The translations under genes were made by a program, and so were the position numbers. The notes under the pieces were generated by a model. The model did no database searches and was not told where the DNA came from. It saw nothing but the letters and a program-made list of their open reading frames with translations. DNA of 26,991 nt from a virus (lineage: Duplodnaviria; Caudoviricetes). Positions 8,798-17,551 of this stretch are shown here, in pieces. The first letter of the stretch is position 1. The number at the start of each line of letters is the position of its first letter. The DNA lies in IMG/VR virus record IMGVR_UViG_3300032225_001492, positions 1-26,991 of that record, one strand, 5' to 3'.

Positions 8798-8808
8798 ATA
8801 CCTGCATG
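8785..8808 (+). promoter_or_regulatory. TAAATA box (8795-8800) at the apex of a hairpin pairing ATG 8806
   Basis: CAT-c-CAGGTG-TAAA-TACCTG-c-ATG, with one mismatch and one G-U pair. Confidence 0.6.
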
Positions 8809-9492
8809 AAAGATATCATACCAATCTTTATTGGCTACGATCCACGCGAAGCCATTGCATATCATACCTGTGTCAACAGTATTATTAGACATGCTAGTAG
8901 ATCTGTGAGTATTGTGCCTGTGGCTCTGAACTTGTTCCGAGACTATGACGAGACGCACACTGATGGAAGTAACCACTTTATCTACACACGTTTCTTAGTG
9001 CCATATCTCATGGGATTTACCGGATCAGCAATCTTTATTGATGGTGACATGATCGTGCGCGGCGATATTGCAGAACTTTGGGACTTGCGAGATGTCACAA
9101 AAGATGTGCAAGTGGTCAAGCACAACTACAAGACTCGGATGCCAGTCAAGTATCTTGGTTCAAAGAACGAGGATTATCCTCGTAAAAATTGGTCTAGTGT
9201 GATACTATGGAATTGTAATAGTTTTCCCAATCGCAAACTGATGCCACAATTTGTGCAAAAAGCCACAGGGGCCGAACTGCACAGATTCTCGTGGATAGAT
9301 GATGATCGCATAGGAGAATTACCTCCGGAATGGAATTGGTTGCCCGATGAATACGGGCCAAACCCCGCAGCCAAGCTCTTGCACTATACCTTGGGCACTC
9401 CATGCTTTCACGAGTTTGCCGACACTCCCATGGCGGATGAGTGGCACAAAGAACGCATACTTACTGAATACTGTCAGCAAAGAAATATATGA
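8806..9492 (+). CDS. GT-A fold glycosyltransferase (GT8-like)
   Basis: IFIGYDPRE, F.YTRFLVP, DxD motif FIDGD, YPRKNWSS, LPPEWN, LLHYTLGTP. Start is 5 nt after TAAATA. Confidence 0.85.
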   Translation: MKDIIPIFIGYDPREAIAYHTCVNSIIRHASRSVSIVPVALNLFRDYDETHTDGSNHFIYTRFLVPYLMGFTGSAIFIDGDMIVRGDIAELWDLRDVTKDVQVVKHNYKTRMPVKYLGSKNEDYPRKNWSSVILWNCNSFPNRKLMPQFVQKATGAELHRFSWIDDDRIGELPPEWNWLPDEYGPNPAAKLLHYTLGTPCFHEFADTPMADEWHKERILTEYCQQRNI

Positions 9493-10481
9493 ACGACTGG
9501 GAACTTGAAGACGAAACATCTTACTTGCCTGTTCCAACAACCCAGCCTGAACCGCATGTGTTGGATCAGGTGGCACCAGAGATACGAGCAATATTTGACA
9601 ATATACTGAAGTATCGTGTGGACCCTGCAGGATCTACCTATGGAATCACATTGCAAACGCTGAGCGAACAAATTGCGGCATTGCCCGTGAACAACATAGT
9701 GAGCACAGACAGTGAATATAGATACGAAAGAAAAGGACACATGTACGATCCTATCCTACAAAGTTTTGTTCAAGGTGCTGGCGGCCAAATCAGCACATGG
9801 TCACGAGAAGAATTCTCAATGACACCGGTGGTGTTGCGTGGCATTACCAAACGCAAACAAATGGAAGCATGTCGTCAGGCCGGAAGAGACTTTTACTATA
9901 TTGACACAGGATATTTTGGCAACGGCAAAAAGAAACTGTATCATAGAATCACACGCAATGATGTACAATGGTTTGGTGATATTGTAGAACGCCCCTGGGA
10001 CAGACTAGAAAAGACCAACGTTCGGCCAAAGAAAATGCGTCAAGGTACAAATATTCTTATTGCGCCACCCAGCCAGAAACTATTGAACAACTATGATATT
10101 GTTTTGGAAGATTGGTTGGCCAATGTACAAGCAGAAATCAAAAAGTATTCTGACAGACCTGTTGTCATAAGAACCAAGCAAGGCCGTAGTGCCAGAGTCA
10201 ACGATGACACTATGGAAATGGCCCTGGACCGCGATGTGCATTGTTTAGTTACATTTTCCAGTATAGCCGCAGGCGAAGCATTGTTACATGGTAAACCTGC
10301 AATTACACTAGGGCCCAATGCAGCCGGACCGCTGTGCAGTCAAAGTCTTAGTGAAATTGAAACCCTACGTATACCCAGCATAGAAGAAGTGGAAGCATGG
10401 GCACGACACATGGCATATTGTCAATTTACCGAAGTGGAAATGCGTGATGGTACCGCCTGGCGCATACTAAACAATGCTTGA
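9489..10481 (+). CDS. Putative GT-B-type glycosyltransferase (capsule biosynthesis KpsS/KpsC-like), paralog 1
   Basis: YIDTGYFG, ILIAPP, VVIRTK, VTFSSIAAGEALLHGKP, C-terminal W..HMAYCQFT..E..G.AW shared with three other ORFs. Confidence 0.65.
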   Translation: MNDWELEDETSYLPVPTTQPEPHVLDQVAPEIRAIFDNILKYRVDPAGSTYGITLQTLSEQIAALPVNNIVSTDSEYRYERKGHMYDPILQSFVQGAGGQISTWSREEFSMTPVVLRGITKRKQMEACRQAGRDFYYIDTGYFGNGKKKLYHRITRNDVQWFGDIVERPWDRLEKTNVRPKKMRQGTNILIAPPSQKLLNNYDIVLEDWLANVQAEIKKYSDRPVVIRTKQGRSARVNDDTMEMALDRDVHCLVTFSSIAAGEALLHGKPAITLGPNAAGPLCSQSLSEIETLRIPSIEEVEAWARHMAYCQFTEVEMRDGTAWRILNNA

Positions 10482-11418
10482 TTGTGTGGTTTACATTAGC
10501 AGTGTGGCCAATGTAAAAAAACACAGCCGCAAAAGTCAATGTCTTGAAAGTTTTGCTACAGGGGTGGCCAATTCTGGAGGCCTGGTGCATGTTGAACGGG
10601 ATTATGTTTACACACCCAGTCGCTTGGCAGTGATGTTGGGTTGGGCAACTACCAACACTGGTGGCCGCAACATTACTTTACGCAAGGAAATCATAGCAGA
10701 ACAACGCAGACGTGGATTTCAGACCATGTGCATTGATGCTAGTTGCTGGAAATATATTGACGAAGGTAGTAGATATCTACGATATAGTTTGAATGGTCCG
10801 TTCTATGACCGCGCCGAATATGCCAATCATAGCAGTGATTGGAACAAGTGGAATGAAATCAAACAAGCACTACATATTGAATTGCAAGCACCACAATCAA
10901 ATCCTCAAGGGCATATTTTGATCTGCATGCAACGTGATGGGGGATTTTCTATGAAAGCATTAGATCCAATGGAATGGCTCAACGGAAAAATTCGACAAAT
11001 TCGACAACACACGCAACGCCAACTCCTGATACGCCCTCATCCAGGAGATTACAGACCAGATGATTTTCGCAAGTGGCATAAAAGACAACTCAACAATGAT
11101 ACTAGCATTATAGTAGCGGATCCTATAAACACCCAATTGACAGACAACTTGCATGGTGCTCATGCCGCAGTGTTCTTCAACAGTAGTGCAAGCGTGGCGG
11201 CTGTGTGCGCTGGTGTACCGGTGTTTGCGGATGATTCAAGTTGTGTGGCTTGGTCAGTGGCCAATCAAGATATTGCACAGATTGAGTCACCCAGAGTATT
11301 TGCACGAGAGCAATGGTTATATGATCTGGCCGCCGCACATTGGAGTGATCAAGATGCACAGGCCGGACGCATTTGGCAAAAATTCCAGCCTTACTTGACT
11401 TCTACCACAACATCATAG
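10474..11418 (+). CDS. Putative GT-B-type glycosyltransferase (KpsS/KpsC-like), paralog 2
   Basis: ILICMQ, LLIRPHP, FFNSSASVAAVCAGVPVF, REQWLYDLAAAHWS. Confidence 0.65.
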   Translation: MLDCVVYISSVANVKKHSRKSQCLESFATGVANSGGLVHVERDYVYTPSRLAVMLGWATTNTGGRNITLRKEIIAEQRRRGFQTMCIDASCWKYIDEGSRYLRYSLNGPFYDRAEYANHSSDWNKWNEIKQALHIELQAPQSNPQGHILICMQRDGGFSMKALDPMEWLNGKIRQIRQHTQRQLLIRPHPGDYRPDDFRKWHKRQLNNDTSIIVADPINTQLTDNLHGAHAAVFFNSSASVAAVCAGVPVFADDSSCVAWSVANQDIAQIESPRVFAREQWLYDLAAAHWSDQDAQAGRIWQKFQPYLTSTTTS

Positions 11419-11948
11419 TTGTGTCCCACAATGCCCGGCCACTTGTGGCTTTTGTCAAACACAGAAATATTTTCTGATACAATAACAATATCCATGTTGG
11501 CCAACAGTTGTTCACGCCACCAGTCCGGAGACTCTACAATTAGGTGAGCATTTCGCCCATCAGGCAAGTGTTTCTTGGCAGGATAACAAGCAATTCTAAA
11601 CCAACCAGCAATGATCATCTTGCTACTGATCATACGCAAAGTTTCCACAAAGTGTTCAGGTTCAATGTGTTCAAGTACATCTGCACTGACCACAGCATCA
11701 AATGATCTTTTGGGTACGCGATTGTGATCAACGTTTCCTGGATCATATCCTTCCACACGCATGTCGGGATAATCCTGTTGTATGCTGGCCATTAACGCTC
11801 CGTGTCCACACCCAAAGTCTAACACACTAGTGGGTTGATATTGTTCAAGGAATGGTCGCACACTTTTAAAAGTTTTGCTACCCCTAACAAAGCGTCCTTG
11901 CTCATGCATTTCTGCCAGTTGGGCCTGGTAGTTGGGATCTATAATCAT
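11391..11948 (-). CDS. Class I SAM-dependent methyltransferase
   Basis: VLDFGCGHG, GYDP, FDAVVSADVLEHI. Confidence 0.9.
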   Translation of the reverse strand: MIIDPNYQAQLAEMHEQGRFVRGSKTFKSVRPFLEQYQPTSVLDFGCGHGALMASIQQDYPDMRVEGYDPGNVDHNRVPKRSFDAVVSADVLEHIEPEHFVETLRMISSKMIIAGWFRIACYPAKKHLPDGRNAHLIVESPDWWREQLLANMDIVIVSENISVFDKSHKWPGIVGHNYDVVVEVK

Positions 11949-12619
11949 CTGTGATTTACCTCTATGTATTCATATTTGCCATCAAATGTGTCAGGCACAT
12001 CTTTCCAGGAAAGATTCAACTGATCATCTGCCCATTTATCATAATACGGACGATCTTTCCACCACCAGAACAAATCACTTGAATTCCAGTCTTGATAGTA
12101 ACTGCGAAAGAACTCGCGTGTTCTGGGTTGCACAAAGTGAGCAGGATCGTACATGCTTTTTTTACCTTTGGCTTCACGTTGAAAGTTTACACCAATAAAG
12201 CAAAACTGTTCAGCATAGGATTCCAGCCGCTTACGTACCCAAGTCATGTCTGCATCTGGAATACTGTTTAATACTTGAGTACAAATAACCCCATCAAACC
12301 GGGTACCCTCAGGAGGCAGTTGTTCAAATCCTGCCACACAAGGATCGTAGCAATATACTGTGACACCCAAGTACTCATCAAACGTTTTCCATTGGTCTTG
12401 GGGTAGTTCAACGCCGGCACCACCACCGTAAGGCAACTTTTCTTGATATTGTAGCCCTTTGCCGCATCCGTAGTCTAGTATGGTCTTGGCACCATAGCGA
12501 TCCACAAGATCCTTGATGCATTTTTGGTACTTGACCACATCGTAGCCAGCCCAACTTTTGTTTTGTTCCTGGAACTCGCGCCCCACACGAACTGATTCAT
12601 TGTAATATGCGCTTGTCAT
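11945..12619 (-). CDS. Class I SAM-dependent methyltransferase
   Basis: ILDYGCGKG, YDP, FDGVICTQVL. Confidence 0.88.
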   Translation of the reverse strand: MTSAYYNESVRVGREFQEQNKSWAGYDVVKYQKCIKDLVDRYGAKTILDYGCGKGLQYQEKLPYGGGAGVELPQDQWKTFDEYLGVTVYCYDPCVAGFEQLPPEGTRFDGVICTQVLNSIPDADMTWVRKRLESYAEQFCFIGVNFQREAKGKKSMYDPAHFVQPRTREFFRSYYQDWNSSDLFWWWKDRPYYDKWADDQLNLSWKDVPDTFDGKYEYIEVNHR

Positions 12620-13251
12620 AGCAATTTTATCTCCACAGTGGCACGTTTCTTACCGCCAGCATTTGATATTACATTCACAACTTCAAAGCCATCCACTCCG
12701 ATAAAGTTTGTTTCTGTACCTTTACATCTAATATCTAGAACAATTCTGGTATTCTCGTGCGAATGCTTCTTCATAAGATCAATGTAGGTTTTTACAGGAT
12801 AGTGATGCCCGCAACTGAGCCACGATGTAATAACATCAAATTTAACATCTGCAGGTATGTTGATGTTGTTGGCGTCAACAAGGTGATAGTTCTTTGTGCC
12901 CAGGTCCTGTAGTTTTGAATCTAAGAATTCAAATGTATGATAAAATTTTAACTCGCTAGAATCTGTGTTCCAATTACCGTAACTGGCAGATTCAGGTTTG
13001 GTAACATTGGTACTTGAATCGCCGTCGAGCAACCAAAGTTCTGTGCCGTACTTTTCATTGAACCAGCGGCTTTCCCAGGCAAAGCCACACCCAATGTCCA
13101 ATAATTTTCCTATTGGTTGGTTGAGATAAGCATCTGCTATTTCCCAACTAGATCGGTGCTTGGCTATATATCGTTCTTTTGTCCATTTACGAGCCCAGGT
13201 AACAGAATCCTCAGCACCCTTGTCAATGTTGTCAGTTGTATCTAGTTCCAT
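12616..13251 (-). CDS. Class I SAM-dependent methyltransferase
   Basis: LLDIGCGFA, FDVITSWLSCGHHYP. Likely start MELDTTD (13251) overlaps the end of the FkbM gene. Confidence 0.85.
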   Translation of the reverse strand: MELDTTDNIDKGAEDSVTWARKWTKERYIAKHRSSWEIADAYLNQPIGKLLDIGCGFAWESRWFNEKYGTELWLLDGDSSTNVTKPESASYGNWNTDSSELKFYHTFEFLDSKLQDLGTKNYHLVDANNINIPADVKFDVITSWLSCGHHYPVKTYIDLMKKHSHENTRIVLDIRCKGTETNFIGVDGFEVVNVISNAGGKKRATVEIKLL

Positions 13252-13889
13252 CCCATGATCCAATCGTCTTTGACTTGATCCAGTCGTGTCATGCCCCAAT
13301 CTTCTAACAAACCAACGGCAGCAAACTGTCCGTAGTGTTTGCTGTAGGCATCGTGAGGCTTTTGTTCAATAACAACAACAGGACGGCAGCGCCGAATGGT
13401 TTGTTCTGCTCCTTGCAACACACGATACTCAAACCCTTCACAGTCGATCTTGATGTAATCAACGTTTTGCAAGTTTAGACTGTCCAGTCTAATGATAGTG
13501 GTATCACCATCTTGACTGTCAGGATCAACATGGGTATGTCCTGTGTTGCCTTCTGTAATGATCATGCTGACCTGTCCTTCTTGATCGCCTAGTGCAACTG
13601 ATTGCACCATTAGATTTGATGCTGTAACATTGCGTTCTAAACATTCTCTAAACATGGCCACTGGTTCAAATGCAATCACTTGCTCAAAATGTTTGACAAG
13701 ATCACGCGACCATAAACCTACATTGGCACCGATGTCCAATGCTGTGCGTTTGTTCTTCACATGCCCAAGGCTACGCAAACGCACAGGCTGTTGATATTCT
13801 GTTGGCCCGCCTTTGCTCACACTCTTGGCCAGCATTTGAGGGAAGTGTGTTTCGATGTCGGGGAAATACCACCCATATTGTTCACGCAT
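13242..13889 (-). CDS. FkbM-family methyltransferase
   Basis: ALDIGANVG, AFEP, ALG, RLDS, IKIDCEGFE..VLQGA, PVVVIE. Confidence 0.92.
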   Translation of the reverse strand: MREQYGWYFPDIETHFPQMLAKSVSKGGPTEYQQPVRLRSLGHVKNKRTALDIGANVGLWSRDLVKHFEQVIAFEPVAMFRECLERNVTASNLMVQSVALGDQEGQVSMIITEGNTGHTHVDPDSQDGDTTIIRLDSLNLQNVDYIKIDCEGFEYRVLQGAEQTIRRCRPVVVIEQKPHDAYSKHYGQFAAVGLLEDWGMTRLDQVKDDWIMGWN

Positions 13890-14688
13890 TAGAAGTTTCC
13901 TTTAGTATTCGGGCGGCTGTGCCATCTGCCAATTCCGTGGTATGGAACTGTCCATACGCCAGGTGACAGGCCCACTTGTGTACCTGGTCCGAATCTGGAA
14001 ACCAAGGTGTTTCTATATCTTTTAAATCTCTATTGCTAACAGGTCGTGCGGCATTGGCAGCAGGTGCAGTAACAAATGTGGGTACACCGGCCAGCACAGC
14101 CTCTGTGGCCGCTGTTGAATTGAATGTGACCACAGCATGTACATCATTCAACCACTCTTCGGGCAGTTGTGTTTTTCGATCCCACCTTGAAGCAGGACGT
14201 TCGCGCATGCGTATGGGACGATCAGTGTGTTGTCTTATGGTATCGGTAGTGGTCTTGATCCACTGGTCCAGTGTAATACCGTAAAAGGCACAGGGCTTTT
14301 CATCCGGAGCAACTATTAGTATATCTCTACAATGATTTTGTCTTGGCCTAATTTTGACATTTAATTTTTGCAATCTATCTGCTGGCCTATCAACCACAGC
14401 GTCATGTTGCAAATCGTTAGGCACAATCCTGTGCCAAAACTTCCAACCATTGGGATTGGCGGCGCTGGGTCTGTTGCCCAAGTACCCTGAATCCATGTAA
14501 TAGAAATCACGTTTGTCTGCCCAGCATTGTTTGATAATCTTGTGTTTCATGATACCACGCAACACAAGTGGAGCATTGCTGTCTTCGTAACACCAGGTTT
14601 CCAGGCATGTGGGCACAGTTTGTGATCCTGCCGCAAACATCTCAATGTATTCGTCGGCGTTGTTTTTGTTTAGAAAAATCCAGGTCAT
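13882..14688 (-). CDS. Putative GT-B-type glycosyltransferase (KpsS/KpsC-like), paralog 3
   Basis: VLRGI, YMDSGYLG, ILIVAP, IRMRERP, VTFNSTAATEAVLAGVP, WACHLAYGQF; closest to 9489..10481. Confidence 0.65.
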   Translation of the reverse strand: MTWIFLNKNNADEYIEMFAAGSQTVPTCLETWCYEDSNAPLVLRGIMKHKIIKQCWADKRDFYYMDSGYLGNRPSAANPNGWKFWHRIVPNDLQHDAVVDRPADRLQKLNVKIRPRQNHCRDILIVAPDEKPCAFYGITLDQWIKTTTDTIRQHTDRPIRMRERPASRWDRKTQLPEEWLNDVHAVVTFNSTAATEAVLAGVPTFVTAPAANAARPVSNRDLKDIETPWFPDSDQVHKWACHLAYGQFHTTELADGTAARILKETSNA

Positions 14689-15485
14689 TGCCAGTACGCT
14701 TCTGTACGCGGCACTTTTAAATCCACACGTTTGCTGCGGCCCAAATCTTTTCTGGCACCTTTAAGGTGATCCAGGTATGCACCCCATTCACAATTGATTA
14801 AGGGATGGCCTTCGCCAGTGATCAAATGTCCTGACCAATCCAGTTCATTCAATGCACATTGTTTTCTCACAGCATCAAACACAAAACTATCATGCCATTC
14901 TTCTAGGGTGAATATGCCACCTTCAGCATCATCATAGTAACGCTGAAACTTTTGTAAAAATGCTCGAGTGTTTGGTGTGGCAAGATTCATGGCATACAAT
15001 CCGCACTCGGTGTACTTGTGTCTGCGACCCAAAAAGCACAAGTCCTGTGTTGGGGGGCATAATCGATCTAGATCTGCCAGTGTAATAGGGCTATGACACA
15101 CAGTATCCGCATCCATCCACAACAGCCAATCGGTGCTGACAGATCTAGCACAATGAAAGATACTGTAGACTTTGTGACTAAACCTCACAGCGTCCCATTT
15201 GAATCCTTTGCCAGCATCCTTGCGTCGTGCTCGTGCAGGATCCGCGCTAACATCGCCATTGGCACGTGGAACTCCTTGCCAAATTTCTTTGAATGTTGTG
15301 AGTGCATCAACAATGCCAATATCATGCACCACAAGGTTGGGCGCAGTTTCAGCAACAGCACAACTTTCAGCATAGACCACAAGGGTGACTTCTGCAGGCC
15401 ATGTTTGCAAAAAGGTCTGGATCATTCGACGGCCATACTTCTCGTAACCGTCAGCGTTAAAAGTGGTACATACAGTGTATTTCAT
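14685..15485 (-). CDS. GT-A fold glycosyltransferase
   Basis: RFSHKV, DxD motif LWMDAD, ECG, WHDSFVF, HLKG. Confidence 0.8.
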   Translation of the reverse strand: MKYTVCTTFNADGYEKYGRRMIQTFLQTWPAEVTLVVYAESCAVAETAPNLVVHDIGIVDALTTFKEIWQGVPRANGDVSADPARARRKDAGKGFKWDAVRFSHKVYSIFHCARSVSTDWLLWMDADTVCHSPITLADLDRLCPPTQDLCFLGRRHKYTECGLYAMNLATPNTRAFLQKFQRYYDDAEGGIFTLEEWHDSFVFDAVRKQCALNELDWSGHLITGEGHPLINCEWGAYLDHLKGARKDLGRSKRVDLKVPRTEAYWQ

Positions 15486-15491
15486 CTCTAA

Positions 15492-15497
15492 TACTTA
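15492..15497 (-). promoter_or_regulatory. Late-promoter variant TAAGTA for the minus-strand GT/MTase operon
   Basis: The minus strand reads TAAGTA-TTAGAG-ATG, a 6-nt spacing like the TAAATA boxes. Confidence 0.5.
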
Positions 15498-16342
15498 TGA
15501 TCAATAACGTAGCCTATTTTCCTTTGCAATGTGCAAAAAATTCTCAACCAGTGATGTCGGCTGTGCTGGATTGCTTGCAAGCACGAGGAATACAAACCCA
15601 AGAAAACAGCATGACAAGTGACGCCGCCGTTATTTGGTCAGTGTTGTGGGCAGGCCGAATGGCAGCCAATCAAGCAGTATACGAACACTACAGAGCACAA
15701 GGTCGGTCAGTGATCATAGTGGAGGTTGGCACACTGCATCGAGGTCACACCTGGAAAATTGCTGTAAATAACATCACTTATGATGGTTACTACGGCAATT
15801 GCAACAATCTGGACTGGGACAGACCCAGAAAACTGGGCATCAGTTTGTCCACACAATCAAACCCTCGACCCAATGTCATTGTGGCCATGCAACACGATCG
15901 CAGTTTACAGGTGTCTAACATAAACATGATGTCATGGCTGGACAGCACTCTAAAACTATTGAAAAAATCAACAGATCGCTTGATCACAGTACGTCCGCAT
16001 CCACGATGCCGATTATCCTTGGACAACTTGCCCCCGGGTGTGACTATGGAAATACCAAATCAATTGCCCAATACCTATGACAGTTTTGACATGCACTACG
16101 ACTGCCATGCTGTGATAAATATCAATTCAGGACCAGGTGTGCAGGCAGCCATAGCCGGGGTCAGACCAGTGGTAGCACCCAGTAGTTTGGCATACCCTGT
16201 GGGCATGAGTTTTGACCAAATTGAACAGCCCTACATTCGAGACCGCGAAACTTGGCTTGCCCAAATTTGCCACACAGAATATACCATAGAAGAGTTACGC
16301 AGGGGAATGTGGATAGATCGCATTGCGCCAGCATTAGAATAA
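15497..16342 (+). CDS. Putative GT-B-type glycosyltransferase (KpsS/KpsC-like), paralog 4
   Basis: IVEVG, VIVAMQ, ITVRPHPR, NSGPGVQAAIAGV, RETWLAQICHTEYT..E..G.W. Confidence 0.65.
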   Translation: MINNVAYFPLQCAKNSQPVMSAVLDCLQARGIQTQENSMTSDAAVIWSVLWAGRMAANQAVYEHYRAQGRSVIIVEVGTLHRGHTWKIAVNNITYDGYYGNCNNLDWDRPRKLGISLSTQSNPRPNVIVAMQHDRSLQVSNINMMSWLDSTLKLLKKSTDRLITVRPHPRCRLSLDNLPPGVTMEIPNQLPNTYDSFDMHYDCHAVININSGPGVQAAIAGVRPVVAPSSLAYPVGMSFDQIEQPYIRDRETWLAQICHTEYTIEELRRGMWIDRIAPALE

Positions 16343-16363
16343 ATACTATAGAGGGATTAAATC

Positions 16364-16879
16364 ATGACAAACAGAAATTTAAGATTCAACGGATTTGCAT
16401 ACGGCGATACACCAGTTACGTTAGATGTTAAAATAAACGGACAGCAGGTATTTTTAAACACAGTCAGCACCATACCCGGTGCTGTACCGACAGATACTAC
16501 CGATATTACATTTGATCAAACATTATTTGAAATAAACGACACTGATTTATTTCCTACATCGTTTGAGGGTGCCTACACACATTCAATTGAAGTGTCAGGC
16601 GGATCAGGTGTGTTGTTAGGAATAGTACTGTCTAATTATATGGCCAACACTGTTGGTAATTTTACTTACCCAGGAAATGTCACTAGTTATCCGCCGGCGT
16701 ATCATGGAACTCCTACCAACTCTGTAGGTACTCCGGATCCGCGCAGTAGTGTACAAATCAACGGAGTTGATCAGGTTCCTCCGTTGCCTGTTAGCACAGG
16801 CATCTGGACCTGGCAAGTTGACAATGGCAGCAATCTTTCTTGTCTCTTGAACATTGGTTTAGGAAACGTTGCGGCATAA
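16364..16879 (+). CDS. Hypothetical beta-rich Thr/Ser/Gly/Pro-rich protein, possibly structural
   Basis: 171 aa, TAAATA at 16340-16345 and SD GAGGG upstream, few charged residues. Confidence 0.75.
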   Translation: MTNRNLRFNGFAYGDTPVTLDVKINGQQVFLNTVSTIPGAVPTDTTDITFDQTLFEINDTDLFPTSFEGAYTHSIEVSGGSGVLLGIVLSNYMANTVGNFTYPGNVTSYPPAYHGTPTNSVGTPDPRSSVQINGVDQVPPLPVSTGIWTWQVDNGSNLSCLLNIGLGNVAA

Positions 16880-16915
16880 AATAACGAACAATCCAACGCT
16901 AGATATATAATTGTT

Positions 16916-17551
16916 ATGAATACCTGGCTTGATCATTATCGGCGAATCTATTACCCTTTATTAAATATTCAATTTGATGGAGTGCGTGGTGTTCTTGCTG
17001 ACGGCATTTACAACAGGGCTGTGGGATTTGATATTATTTTTAGATTGTTACTAGCCCAAAAAAAATCCGACTTTGATATTGTCGAAACAGGCACACTGAG
17101 AACACCGGGCAACTGGATGGACGGACAAAGTGCTAGACTGTTTTCAGAGTTTGTGGACTTGTACGGTGGCCAAATGCGTAGTGTAGATATAGACTCAGTG
17201 GCTTGTGAAGTCGCACGTAACACCATCACTAGCGACAAGTTTTCGGTGGTACACAGCGATAGTGTAGCCTGGCTCAAGCAACAAACCGATTTAGATCAAG
17301 TAGATTTGTTTTATTTAGACAGTTATGATGTAGATTGGAACAATGACTCTGCAAGTGCTGATCATCATTTAAAAGAATTCCTGGTCATACAACCATACAT
17401 TCGTCCAGGTGTGGTAGTTGCTATAGACGACAACTCACGTTGGATAAACAACAATCAGCGTACCGGAAAAGGTCGTGCAATAGTTGAGTATCTTGAAACT
17501 CAAGGGCACTTGCCCATTCTAGACGAATATCAAATCATTTTTCAATTCTAA
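16916..17551 (+). CDS. SAM-dependent methyltransferase-like protein (Methyltransf_24-like)
   Basis: IVETGT, SVDID, HSDSVAWL, DLFYLDS, VAIDD, GKG. Confidence 0.8.
   Translation: MNTWLDHYRRIYYPLLNIQFDGVRGVLADGIYNRAVGFDIIFRLLLAQKKSDFDIVETGTLRTPGNWMDGQSARLFSEFVDLYGGQMRSVDIDSVACEVARNTITSDKFSVVHSDSVAWLKQQTDLDQVDLFYLDSYDVDWNNDSASADHHLKEFLVIQPYIRPGVVVAIDDNSRWINNNQRTGKGRAIVEYLETQGHLPILDEYQIIFQF

Noticed and set aside
8737-8805. Upstream N-terminal extensions given by the ORF track (also 6102, 7022, 13299, 20073, 22953, 24395)
   Set aside because: They overlap upstream genes or hairpins. Downstream ATGs with coupling, SD or TAAATA context fit better.
11391-13889. Methyltransferase cluster as DNA methylation or a restriction-modification system
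   Set aside because: No DPPY/NPPY or PCQ catalytic motifs; FkbM and small-molecule-type MTases in a glycosyltransferase context.
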